Assembly (NCBI GenBank): GCA_964394085.1
Contig: CAYMWF010000020.1
Location: forward strand, 11,615 to 75,614
DNA from: an uncultured Gemmatimonadota bacterium
Lineage (GTDB): Bacteria > GCA-2686955 > CAYMWF01
Direction: 5' to 3'
Length of the DNA: 64,000 nt
Shown: one piece after another, positions 1 through 9,476 of the stretch
Layout of the letters: each line of letters opens with the position of its first letter
Position numbering within the stretch: position 1 is the stretch's first letter
Made by a program: the position numbers and the translations under genes
Notes under the pieces: generated by a model
The model's input: the letters and a program-made list of their open reading frames with translations, nothing else
What the model was told of the DNA's origin: nothing
The model's database searches: none

Positions 1-4
1 CCTG

Positions 5-1246
5 GTGCCGGTTCTCCGGGCGATCCGCCGGCTGTCGCTTATCGGCGGAAGCGATCCCGAAGCTCCCGACCCGCTGGCAGAGATCATCGAAATCCTGAAA
101 AATGATCCGGAAGGGAACCGAGCGATACGCAGGCTGATGACGGACAACCGGACCGGCCAGTTCACCTCCATGATCAAGGGGCTCCTCCGGCACCATGCCA
201 TAGCTCCGGGACGAATCCCTGTCCACAAGCGGATCCGGATACCGGTCGAGGTTCCCGGACGGGAGAAAAAGCGGACGAAAGGCCGGAAGAAAAAGATTTC
301 GGTGGGAGTTGCCGGAGAAGGTTACGAAAACGACAGGCTCCTCGAAGCCTATAACGATCTGCCGGGCTGCATCGCCGAACGGATCGAGGATCTCCGTTCC
401 GGGGAGGTTCCCGCCGTCGATATCCTCGAAGCAGCGGATGGCGGGGATGCCGGCGCGGAGCGGCTGGCTGAGCTGCTCGACAAAGGAATCGCCGTTTCAG
501 CGCCGTGCGGCGCGATAACCTCCCGGGACGAGTTCGTTGCCCTCGCCGGGGCCTCGAAGCGGGGCGGCGCTCCGTTCCGCCTGCGTTATCCTTACCTTTA
601 CTACCCTCCTGTCCGGATGGTGCGGGCTCTACTGGACGGCGGCGAGATCGGCGAAATCGCGACTATAAGGATACGGGCGACAATCGGCGGCTCGGGAGGC
701 CGTCATGAACCGGTCCCGCCCGATGAGGCGGATTACCTGCGGCATCCGGCATTCGATCATTTCCCGCTGCTCGCGTCGCTGGGCGGGCCGCCGGCCGAGG
801 TGGGCGCGTATCTTCACGCGATGGACGGAGCGCTCGGCGGCCAGGGGCTCGTCAGCTGCCGGTTCGAGGCCGATGGGCGCTACGGCATCCTGGAGTGCTC
901 GTATGCTCCCGGGATGCGGTTCGCCTCGACGGCTTTCCCGTACGACCTGGAAGCGGAGGTTTCGGGAACGGACGGAATCGTCCGGCTCAGGCGCGGGATG
1001 GCGAGACGCTCGCTCGAAGCTCCGATCCACGTGCGGACGGGCAGGCTGGCTTACTCGATCGGGGTGGAATCAGGTCTGGCGGACGAGTGGGAGCAGGTAT
1101 ACCGGAACGCGGCGGCGGAGATGGTCGAAACTTTATCCGGAAAAGCCGTCGGGCTCCTGTCGCAGCGGGAACTTTCAGCAGCTTTCGCCGCAAGGGAAGC
1201 CGCAAACAAAGCGGCTGAGTTGCGAAAACGGGTCGCAATGGGATGA
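5..1246 (+). CDS. Gfo/Idh/MocA-like oxidoreductase (possibly inositol dehydrogenase IolG-like); 5' end uncertain, frame open to window edge
   Basis: Frame is open from the window edge. A Rossmann-like stretch KKKISVGVAGEGY is followed by a Gfo/Idh/MocA-like C-terminal region (YYPPVRMVRALLDGGEIGEIATIRI). The stop overlaps the next start (ATGA). Confidence 0.4.
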   Translation: MPVLRAIRRLSLIGGSDPEAPDPLAEIIEILKNDPEGNRAIRRLMTDNRTGQFTSMIKGLLRHHAIAPGRIPVHKRIRIPVEVPGREKKRTKGRKKKISVGVAGEGYENDRLLEAYNDLPGCIAERIEDLRSGEVPAVDILEAADGGDAGAERLAELLDKGIAVSAPCGAITSRDEFVALAGASKRGGAPFRLRYPYLYYPPVRMVRALLDGGEIGEIATIRIRATIGGSGGRHEPVPPDEADYLRHPAFDHFPLLASLGGPPAEVGAYLHAMDGALGGQGLVSCRFEADGRYGILECSYAPGMRFASTAFPYDLEAEVSGTDGIVRLRRGMARRSLEAPIHVRTGRLAYSIGVESGLADEWEQVYRNAAAEMVETLSGKAVGLLSQRELSAAFAAREAANKAAELRKRVAMG

Positions 1247-3261
1247 ACGACGCTTCCCTCGACGAAAAAAGCACATGGAGCAGGGGATTTATCACGAGGT
1301 TATCCATGATTGATCAGAATATATACGACACACGCCGGGCACGGGAGCGCAGAGCCGCGGCCGTCGCCGAAGCGGGAGGTATAGAAGCCGCTATCGCCGG
1401 GGGCGTTCTCGACCGGTTCATCGACACCACCCTTTCCGAGGCGCTTCTGCTCGGGTTGATCAAGCAGGATGTTCGCAGGTTCGTGGGCGTGTTCGGCCAC
1501 GGTTCCACCGAGATCGGCGAAGTGCTGAGACTCTACGAGGAGGCCGGGCTCGTGAAGATGTATGCGGTCCGGAACGAGATCGAAGCGTCCCACGCGGCGA
1601 CCGCCCTCCGCAGGGTGACCGGTGAAAAAGCGGCGGTGATCACATCCATAGGCCCAGGCGCCATGCAGGCCGCGGCGGCATCCCTCACCCCGGCGAGCGG
1701 CGGCACCGGCGTCTGGTACCTGCTCGGCGACGAGACGAGCGAGGACGAAGGGCCGAACATGCAGCAGATCCCGAAGCACAGGCAGCAGCTATACCTGGAG
1801 GTCTGCTCTGCCTTGGGAGAGGCATACACCCTCCATACCCCCGGCGCCCTCGCCACCGCCCTCCGGCGGGGCGGCACCGTGGTGGACCACCCGCACGCCG
1901 GCGGGCCCTTCTTCCTGCTCCTGCCGATGAACGTCCAGCCTGCGCCGATGAAACGATTCAACCTGGACGAGCTTCCCGGCGGCAGCCCGCCCCGCCTCGG
2001 CGCGGCCCAGGGTGAAGACGGCCGATATGAGCTTGCAGCGGAAGCGCTTCTGAACGCTGAGCGCGTGGTCGTCCGGGTGGGCGGCGGCGGCGCGGATGCC
2101 GGTGTCGAGCTGGTGGAGCTTCTGGGCCTGGTCGACGGCGTCGCCATCCTCAGCCCGGTCGCCAATGGGACGGTTCCGGGCGGCAACAGGCGGAACATGG
2201 GAGTCGCCGGCAGCAAGGGCTCTATCTGCGGCAACTACGCCATGGAAAACGCCGATACGCTGCTGGCCGTGGGGACGAGGTTCGTCTGTCAGTCCGACTG
2301 CTCCCGCACGGGCTTCCTGAATGCGAAGCAGGTGGTAAACATCAACACCTGCTACCACGACGCCGTCCACTACGGCAGAACCATCGCTCTCGTGGGCGAC
2401 GCCGCCCCCACCCTGCGTCGCCTGATCGAAGCGATCGAAATCCGGCTCGAAGCGGGCGGCGGAATCATCGCGGAGGCCGGAACCCCGCCGGCTGCGGCGC
2501 CGGCTGCAGAAGCCGGGGATGATTCGCCCTGGCTCACGGCCTGTTCGGCGAAAAGGCGCGAGTGGGAAGCATTCAAAGAGGAGCGGTACGCCAACCCGAT
2601 TCTGTTCGACGCGGTCTGGGGAAAAAGGGTGCTCACCCAGCCCGCGGCGATAAAGGCGGCCGTCGACTGGGCGCGTCAAGAACGCGTCACAACTTTTTTC
2701 GACGCGGGCGACGTGCAGGCGAACGGGCTCCAGATAGTAGAGGATGAGCGGCCGGGGCTCAATGTAACCGACACCGGCGCGAGCTACATGGGATTCGCGG
2801 CATCGGCCCTGCTCGCTTCGGCGATGGCGGAAGAGCGCTTCTACGGTCTGGCTCTCTGCGGCGACGGTTCCTTTCTGATGAACCCGCAGATTCTGGCGGA
2901 CGGGGTCGCCCACGGCGTCAGCGGATGCATCCTGCTGATGGATAACAGGAGGATGGGCGCCATATCCTCCCTCCAGGAAGCCCAGTACGGCGCTGTTTAT
3001 GCAACCGGCGACGGGGTCGCGATCGATTTTGTCGCCATGGCCCGGTCGGTGGTGGGCGTCGCCGCTTTCGACGGCGGAAACTCCGTCGAATCACTTATCG
3101 CGACACTTGACAAAGCACGGGCTCATAAGGGGCTTTCGCTGATCCATCTCCCGGTCTATTTCGGGCCGGACCCGCTGGGCGGACTCGGCGCCTGGGGCAG
3201 GTGGAACGTGGGCAGCTGGACGGCTGACACCCAGGCTCTCAGGCACGAAACGGGGCTGTAA
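1243..3261 (+). CDS. Thiamine-pyrophosphate-dependent enzyme, IolD-like (3D-(3,5/4)-trihydroxycyclohexane-1,2-dione acylhydrolase family)
   Basis: N-terminal TPP domain with the IolD-typical FGHG motif (VGVFGHGSTEIG ... SIGPGAMQA). C-terminal TPP-binding motif GDGSFLMNPQ...LLMDNRRMG. Size 672 aa. Confidence 0.65.
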   Translation: MNDASLDEKSTWSRGFITRLSMIDQNIYDTRRARERRAAAVAEAGGIEAAIAGGVLDRFIDTTLSEALLLGLIKQDVRRFVGVFGHGSTEIGEVLRLYEEAGLVKMYAVRNEIEASHAATALRRVTGEKAAVITSIGPGAMQAAAASLTPASGGTGVWYLLGDETSEDEGPNMQQIPKHRQQLYLEVCSALGEAYTLHTPGALATALRRGGTVVDHPHAGGPFFLLLPMNVQPAPMKRFNLDELPGGSPPRLGAAQGEDGRYELAAEALLNAERVVVRVGGGGADAGVELVELLGLVDGVAILSPVANGTVPGGNRRNMGVAGSKGSICGNYAMENADTLLAVGTRFVCQSDCSRTGFLNAKQVVNINTCYHDAVHYGRTIALVGDAAPTLRRLIEAIEIRLEAGGGIIAEAGTPPAAAPAAEAGDDSPWLTACSAKRREWEAFKEERYANPILFDAVWGKRVLTQPAAIKAAVDWARQERVTTFFDAGDVQANGLQIVEDERPGLNVTDTGASYMGFAASALLASAMAEERFYGLALCGDGSFLMNPQILADGVAHGVSGCILLMDNRRMGAISSLQEAQYGAVYATGDGVAIDFVAMARSVVGVAAFDGGNSVESLIATLDKARAHKGLSLIHLPVYFGPDPLGGLGAWGRWNVGSWTADTQALRHETGL

Positions 3262-3265
3262 GGCA

Positions 3266-3410
3266 GCACAGGTGCGTCGAGCCGAGAGCACAGAGGACGG
3301 GGCCGCAGCCGGCAAAGGCGCGCAGAGCCGAGAGCACAGAGGACGGGGCCGCAGCCGGCACAGGTGCGTCGAGCCGCGAGCACAGAGGACGGGGCCGCAG
3401 CCGGCAAAGC
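3266..3410. repeat. Intergenic tandem repeat, 3 copies of a ~46-48-bp unit (core gagccgagagcacagaggacggggccgcagccggca)
   Basis: Direct inspection of the sequence between the IolD-like stop (3261) and the ALDH start (3481). The core contains a short GCCG..CGGC inverted repeat. Confidence 0.75.
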
Positions 3411-3480
3411 AGCATCGAGCAGCAGGCGCGAAGGCCGGAGCCGCACGTGACGATCAAGGTTAAATCCCGGGGAGTGAAGC

Positions 3481-4917
3481 ATGACCATCAGGAATGAAAT
3501 GTATATCAACGGCCGATGGACTCCCGCCTCCAGTGGTGAACGGCGGGATATCATCAACCCGGCGATCCTGGAGCCGATCGACTCGGCCCCGGTTGCCACT
3601 GGAGACGACCTCTACACTGCGCTTGCAGCCGCCGAAACGGGCTGGAAGACCTGGCGTGAGGTCGACGCCTGGTCGAGAAGCGCCGCCCTGCGGCGGATCG
3701 CCGCCCTGGTGCGCGAGCGGGCGGATCTGTCAGCCGAAGCCATCACCGGTGAAATGGGAAAACCGCTCCGGGAGGCGAAGGCGGAGATCCTGGCCGCCGC
3801 CGACCAGTTCGACTGGTACGCCGATGAAGCCCGGCGCATCTACGGCAGGACGGTCGAGGGCCGCGGCTCCGGCAGACGCTTCGTCGTTTTCAGGCAGCCG
3901 GTCGGCCCGGTGGCGGCATTCAGCCCGTGGAACTTCCCCGCCCTCCTGGCCGCGCGGAAGATCGCACCAGCCCTGGCCGCCGGATGCTCGATCATCGTAA
4001 AACCTGATCTGGAAGCCCCCCGTTCGGTCTTCGCCCTGGCCGAAGCCTGCCGCGACGCAGGCATACCTCCCGGTGTCGTCAACGTCGTGACGGGCGATCC
4101 CCCCATGATCAGCCGTATCCTCATCGGATCCGACATAATCCGGAAAGTGACCTTCACCGGTTCGGTGCCTGTGGGCGCCGAGATCATGAAATTATGCTCC
4201 GGCGGTATCAAGCCCGTGACGCTGGAACTCGGCGGCCACTCGCCCGTGCTCGTATTCGACGACGCCGACATCGAAAAAGCCGCCGAAACGTGCGCCCTGG
4301 GCAAATATCGCAACATGGGCCAGGTCTGCATCGCGGCAAGCCGGTTTCTGGTGCAGGAGGCCTCGGCCGAACGATTCACGAAAACGTTCGTCGAGGTCGT
4401 CAAAACGCTGAAGATAGGCGACGGGCGCGATCCGGACACCGACGTGGGACCGCTGGCCAATGAAAAGCGCCTGCTGGCCACGGAAGAATTCCTGAAAGAC
4501 GCGACAGGCAAGGGTGCCCGGATCAGGCACGGCGGCCGCCGTCCGCCCGGGCTCGAAACGGGATATTACTTCGAACCGACCGTCCTGACGAATGTAGACG
4601 CATCGATGAACCTGATGCGGGACGAACCCTTCTGCCCCATAGCGCCCATCACCACCTTCACCGACCTCGGGGACGGCCTGGAGAGGGCGAACGAGACCGA
4701 GTTCGGCCTGGCGGGATACGTTTTCACCACCAGTACCAAAACGGCTTTCCTGGCATCCGAGGGGCTGGAAACAGGGATGGTCGGCGTGAACCACCTGGTC
4801 ATCGCCACTCCCGAAATGCCCTTCGGCGGGGTCAAGAAGTCGGGATTCGGCAGGGAAGGCGGCAGCGAGGGCATCGATCCCTACACCGTGACGCGGTACA
4901 TGGATATAATGCTGTAG
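3481..4917 (+). CDS. NAD(P)-dependent aldehyde dehydrogenase family protein
   Basis: ALDH catalytic region FTGSVPVGAEIMK...LELGGHSPVLVF (Glu active-site motif ELGGxSP) and the conserved Cys region GQVCIAASR. Size 478 aa. Confidence 0.9.
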   Translation: MTIRNEMYINGRWTPASSGERRDIINPAILEPIDSAPVATGDDLYTALAAAETGWKTWREVDAWSRSAALRRIAALVRERADLSAEAITGEMGKPLREAKAEILAAADQFDWYADEARRIYGRTVEGRGSGRRFVVFRQPVGPVAAFSPWNFPALLAARKIAPALAAGCSIIVKPDLEAPRSVFALAEACRDAGIPPGVVNVVTGDPPMISRILIGSDIIRKVTFTGSVPVGAEIMKLCSGGIKPVTLELGGHSPVLVFDDADIEKAAETCALGKYRNMGQVCIAASRFLVQEASAERFTKTFVEVVKTLKIGDGRDPDTDVGPLANEKRLLATEEFLKDATGKGARIRHGGRRPPGLETGYYFEPTVLTNVDASMNLMRDEPFCPIAPITTFTDLGDGLERANETEFGLAGYVFTTSTKTAFLASEGLETGMVGVNHLVIATPEMPFGGVKKSGFGREGGSEGIDPYTVTRYMDIML

Positions 4918-5023
4918 CCCGGATTCGTCGGGCATATCTGAAGCCGGATACGAACCGAAAACCGTTCTGATAAGTGTTCGAGTCCTGGGCGAGCCGCCCC
5001 TCGTTCAACTCGGAGATTTCGCT

Positions 5024-5056
5024 GTTCAAATATTGAACTTTCTCCACGTGGAGAAA
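5024..5056. promoter_or_regulatory. Composite palindromic element: GTTCAAATATTGAAC followed by the perfect 18-bp palindrome TTTCTCCACGTGGAGAAA
   Basis: Perfect self-complementary 18-mer at 5039-5056. A nearly identical 33-bp composite recurs at 34236-34267. The site is intergenic, downstream of ALDH and upstream of a beta-helix gene. Confidence 0.6.
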
Positions 5057-5598
5057 ATCCTAAAAATAAAACAAGGCTCGCACCTTCAATACTTACAACA
5101 AGTTCCGCGTACTACAAAACCGCCGACCGCTCTCGACTGCGATCCGGAGTGACTCCTGATAATACCAAAAATTGAACATTGCAACTAAAGCAACCGGTAA
5201 GACTGACGCAGAATACAACCCATTACTCCACAGCCGGGCGCAGACGAGAGGTGTAAACACACACCGTTTCGCGGCAGCAAAACGCCGACCTCGATTCCCT
5301 CTCCTGACCCCGACGAACGAGCCGGTTTTCACCTCCCAGCCACGGGCGAATCACCTCCACCATGAACACGTGTTCCAGATTCATGCGTTCCAGGTTCACC
5401 ACTGCGTTAACCTTGATTTTATCGTGTGAACCCACACTTGAGCCCTACCAATCGGTGCTTTCGGTGGCCCCAGACTTCGCCCTGTCGATCGATTCAGTCC
5501 GCTTACAGGAATTCACCGATTGAACTTGTTTCTTCAGGAACTCACCGCTGGTTAACCACTAATATTTGCTCTCCAGAATCATACCGGCTATACTGTAA

Positions 5599-8500
5599 AT
5601 GCAATCAGTAACGAAAATCACGAAAAGGAACGGACAAATGAAACAGGCGATTGTTATTCTCTTTCTACTGACCCTTACGGCGGAAAGCTCCCACGCGGCG
5701 ACCATTCGCGTCCCCTCCGAACAGCCGACCATCCAGGCGGGAATCGACGCGTCCGTAGACGGCGACACGGTGCTCGTGGCCGACGGTACTTACTCCGGTA
5801 CTGGCAACAGAGAAATCGACTACCTTGGCAAAACTGTAACCGTCACGTCAGAGAACGGGGCCGATTATTCGATTATCGACTGTGAAAAGAACGGCAGGGG
5901 ATTCAATTTCGTCAGCGGTGAGGATTCCTTCTCAAAGCTGGAAGGATTCACAATCACGAACGGATGCCCTCCCGATCACGGCGGCGGGATCTATCTTTAC
6001 GAATCCTCGCCGGATATAGCCGATTGCATCATATCCGGAAATATCGGTTCAGGTTATTCCGGCAGCGGCGGCGGGATATACTGCCGGTCATCTTCACCAG
6101 ATATTTCTCATTGCCGAATAATCGATAATATTGCACTCGGAGCGATCAGTGACGGCGGCGGGATCAAATGTTACGATTCATCTTCCCCGGCGATTGCATA
6201 CTGCATTATTTCCGGAAATACCGTCGGCGATGACGGCGGCGGGATTTCCTCCGGTTTCTCATCACCGGAACTTTTCAATTGTAACATTACCGGGAATATC
6301 TCTGACAATCGCGGCGGTGGGATCTATCTGTATAAATCCCCATCAGATATCACGGGATGCATTATTTCGGAGAATACGTCTTCGAATCAGGGCGGTGGGA
6401 TATATATCGAGAATTCTTCCCCATCGATGACTGATTGTTTTGTACAATTAAATTCCTCGAATAACGAAGGAGGGGGGATCTTCTGCAACTGGTTCTCCTG
6501 CTTGACTCTCACGAACAATTTAATAACAGATAATTCAACGAGGGTCGGCGGCGGAGTTTATTGCGAGGACTCATCCTTGTATTTTACCAATTGCACTTTA
6601 TCCAGAAATTCTGCTTCAAACGGCGGCGGAATATATTGCCTGGAGTCCAACCTGACCATCGTAAATTCCATACTCTGGGACGATGCACACGAAGAGTTGA
6701 TCGTTGACTCCGGAACTCCTTTGATAACTTATTCCACCATCCAGGGCGGCTGGGAGGGTGAAGGCAATATCGATGAGGATCCCATGTTCACAGCACCACA
6801 GGAGGGCGACTTTCACTTGCTGCCAGACTCTCCAAGCATCGATTCGGGAGACCCTTTTTCAAGACTGGATCTAGATAGCACCATCAATGATATGGGCTGT
6901 TACGGAGGGATGGGTGATCTGCCTGAGGGGGTTATCGGAGGATCGGTATCCGGTAAGCTGTCCAAATCTGGATCCCCTTATATTATTTCGGAGAACCTGG
7001 TGATTGAATCCGACAGTACTCTCATTGTGGAAAAGGGTGTAGAGCTTCTTCTGCACAACCATGGTGGCATCACCGTGTATGGGGAATTGCTCGCGGAAGG
7101 AGCCCCCGATGATTCGATAACCATAAAAAGATATCGGGACTGGGACATTGGCGCAGGGATTCGTTTCGACGGAGGAAGTGGAACACTTGTCTATTGCACG
7201 ATCAAGCACTGTCGCAACAGATTCGCGGGTGCGATCTATTGTCGCAGGGCTTCGCCAACTGTGTCGGATTGCTTCATATCAGAGAATACGGCTGACAGGT
7301 ACGGTGGAGGGCTCTATTGCTTCGATTCTTCCGATCCGTCAATTCGAAACTGCCGTATCACAGGAAATACAAGTGCTTTCGGCGGCGGGATCTATCTTTA
7401 CGAATCCTCGCCGGATATAGCCGATTGCATCATATCCGGAAATATCGCTACCATGAATGGAGGCGGGATCTATTGCTACAAAGGCGACTCCCCGGTCATC
7501 TCGCACTGCGAAATATCAGGGAATCAGACTTCCGACTCCGACGGAGACGGCGGAGGAATCTACTGCTATCGCTCCTCCCCGACCTTTATGAACTGCATCA
7601 TTACCGGGAATAAAACCAGGGGATTTTACGACTGCGATGGCGGCGGAATCTATTGCGATGACTCCTGCCCGGAATTATCAGGCTGCACAATTTCGGAAAA
7701 CACCGCTGGAGAAGGAGGAGGAATATATTGCAAAAACGACTCCTCACCGGTTATCACCGAGTGCGTGATTATCGGGAATCTGGTCGTTGATGATGGAGGT
7801 GGGCTCTTTTGTATAGAGTCCTCCCCGATTATCACGAGCTGCGATATAATCGGGAACATCACTACAAGCTGGGCAAGCGGCGGCGGTGGAATCTATTGCG
7901 GAAATTCCTCTCCGTATATAACGGGCTGCAGTATAACCGGAAATTCAGCCGAGGACTACGGCGGTGGGTTCTATTGTAACTATTATTCATCACCATTCAT
8001 AGTCGACTGCACAATAGATGGGAATTCGGCCGGTGACTTCGGCGGCGGACTCCGATGCTACGACTCTTCCTCCCCGACCATTATAAATTGCAGTTTAAGC
8101 GGGAATACAGCCGGTTATCACGGTGGAGGGCTTTATATCTATGGTTCATCGCCGATAATCACCAACTGCATATTCTGGGGAGATTCACCTGAAGAAATAT
8201 ATGTTTATTCGGGAAACCCGGTCGTCGCTTTTTCAGACATCCAAGACGGCTGGCCAGGAGAAGGCAATCTCGATACCGATCCTTTCTTCGTAAAGAGGGA
8301 ATGGGGAGACTACAGAATATGCTGGGATTCGCCCTGTATAGACTCCGGTCATCCCGATTCTCTCGATCCCGACGGAACGAGAATTGATATGGGCGCTCAT
8401 TACTTCGATCAGGCCAAAGAGCTACTCGTCTATCTTTCACCCGAAACCTGCGAAATCGCTCCAGGCATCCATGGTTCGGTCTGCTATACCGTTTGCAATT

Positions 8501-8766
8501 CCAAGCCTTTTGAAATCAGTTTCGGCACCGCCGCAGTCATACGCCTTCCAGACGGTTCTCCCTGGGCAGGCAACCCGCTGGAGGAAGCGACTTACGCCTC
8601 GATCGCGCCATCCAGCAATATCAGTTGCGAATTCATTTATCAGGTGCCACCCGGATGGCTCTCCGGAACCTACTCCTTCGCGACCGGCGTCGGATCCGGC
8701 AGCCGGATCTTCGATCTCGACCACTTCGAATTTACCGTTGTCAAAGGTAGCGGGGACACCGAATAA
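5599..8766 (+). CDS. Secreted right-handed parallel beta-helix repeat protein (two beta-helix modules, paralog family member 1); a better start is probably MKQAIV at 5638
   Basis: Signal peptide then AATIRVPSEQPTIQAGIDASVDGDTVLVADGTYSG. Dozens of GGGIYC-type beta-helix rungs. Module 1 ends IDMGCYGG, module 2 ends IDMGAHYF. The C-terminal ~120 aa are homologous to the C-terminus of the 13461..15266 product. An exact internal 67-bp direct repeat lies at 5980-6046 and 7381-7447. Confidence 0.8.
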   Translation: MQSVTKITKRNGQMKQAIVILFLLTLTAESSHAATIRVPSEQPTIQAGIDASVDGDTVLVADGTYSGTGNREIDYLGKTVTVTSENGADYSIIDCEKNGRGFNFVSGEDSFSKLEGFTITNGCPPDHGGGIYLYESSPDIADCIISGNIGSGYSGSGGGIYCRSSSPDISHCRIIDNIALGAISDGGGIKCYDSSSPAIAYCIISGNTVGDDGGGISSGFSSPELFNCNITGNISDNRGGGIYLYKSPSDITGCIISENTSSNQGGGIYIENSSPSMTDCFVQLNSSNNEGGGIFCNWFSCLTLTNNLITDNSTRVGGGVYCEDSSLYFTNCTLSRNSASNGGGIYCLESNLTIVNSILWDDAHEELIVDSGTPLITYSTIQGGWEGEGNIDEDPMFTAPQEGDFHLLPDSPSIDSGDPFSRLDLDSTINDMGCYGGMGDLPEGVIGGSVSGKLSKSGSPYIISENLVIESDSTLIVEKGVELLLHNHGGITVYGELLAEGAPDDSITIKRYRDWDIGAGIRFDGGSGTLVYCTIKHCRNRFAGAIYCRRASPTVSDCFISENTADRYGGGLYCFDSSDPSIRNCRITGNTSAFGGGIYLYESSPDIADCIISGNIATMNGGGIYCYKGDSPVISHCEISGNQTSDSDGDGGGIYCYRSSPTFMNCIITGNKTRGFYDCDGGGIYCDDSCPELSGCTISENTAGEGGGIYCKNDSSPVITECVIIGNLVVDDGGGLFCIESSPIITSCDIIGNITTSWASGGGGIYCGNSSPYITGCSITGNSAEDYGGGFYCNYYSSPFIVDCTIDGNSAGDFGGGLRCYDSSSPTIINCSLSGNTAGYHGGGLYIYGSSPIITNCIFWGDSPEEIYVYSGNPVVAFSDIQDGWPGEGNLDTDPFFVKREWGDYRICWDSPCIDSGHPDSLDPDGTRIDMGAHYFDQAKELLVYLSPETCEIAPGIHGSVCYTVCNSKPFEISFGTAAVIRLPDGSPWAGNPLEEATYASIAPSSNISCEFIYQVPPGWLSGTYSFATGVGSGSRIFDLDHFEFTVVKGSGDTE

Positions 8767-8785
8767 CCTTGTTGCCTGAATCCAC

Positions 8786-8812
8786 GAGATTTTTCCTTAC
8801 GTGAAGACAGAC
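8786..8812. promoter_or_regulatory. Degenerate ACGTG-core motif (TTTTCCTTACGTGAAGACAG) immediately downstream of beta-helix gene
   Basis: Variant of the recurring motif. A similar half-site TTTTCCTCACGTCAGATCG follows the paralog at 15291-15310. Confidence 0.35.
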
Positions 8813-8986
8813 TCTTCCGATGGTGGGGATCCGGCACGGTTCCCGGTCAGATAGCCGAGAAGGCTGCTTCCCCGGGTTCGCCCGATCCCGGTAACCGGCT
8901 GCCGGATCATGTCGCACCGTTAAATCCCGATTGGAGATATCCAAGAGAAGATTCGGGTCTCTCGCGGCGGCATCCGGCCGGATCCC

Positions 8987-9433
8987 GTGTATATAACCTA
9001 TTTTTTGACAAATAACGACGGACCGGATACATTTCTTTACATGGATGCGAGAACTTTCAGGATAATAAACAGGCTTTTATGGGATTACACCATATCGCCG
9101 GAGGATGTTTACGAAGTTATCCAGGGAAGGAAAGCTTCCTGCGCGCATTGGGATTTCGATACTATATTCCTCAGAATGCTGGAAAGACTCGGCTGGTACG
9201 ACTTGCTGCACGTTCCGGGAGCAGATAAGATCAAATCGAGCTTGACACCTGAAATCATCGAAAAAATTTACCTGCCGGAGCGCCGAAAACATTATGAGCG
9301 GTTACGAAAAATATTACACGGAGAGTCTGTATCCTTTACAAAATGGGGTCCTGAGTTCAGTAAAAAAATCCGGAACTCCCTTTTTTCTAACAGGTGGTAC
9401 AGCACCGGACCGCTCACGGACGATATCCTGTAA
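8987..9433 (+). CDS. Hypothetical protein (low-GC ORF)
   Basis: 148-aa ORF with noticeably lower GC than the flanks. No recognisable motif. Confidence 0.3.
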   Translation: MYITYFLTNNDGPDTFLYMDARTFRIINRLLWDYTISPEDVYEVIQGRKASCAHWDFDTIFLRMLERLGWYDLLHVPGADKIKSSLTPEIIEKIYLPERRKHYERLRKILHGESVSFTKWGPEFSKKIRNSLFSNRWYSTGPLTDDIL

Positions 9434-9476
9434 GGGTTGAAGAACTCCTGTTTTTCGCCGCAATGACGGCCCTCCG

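Noticed and set aside
5093-5435. Small ORFs (70-85 aa) on both strands in the 680-bp non-coding region
   Set aside because: They are mutually overlapping, have no RBS, carry Arg-rich junk translations and show no conservation signal.
5599-8766. Diversity-generating retroelement targeting the beta-helix paralogs
   Set aside because: No reverse transcriptase gene and no template/variable repeat pair with adenine-specific differences are visible in the window. Paralog divergence is spread over the whole length.
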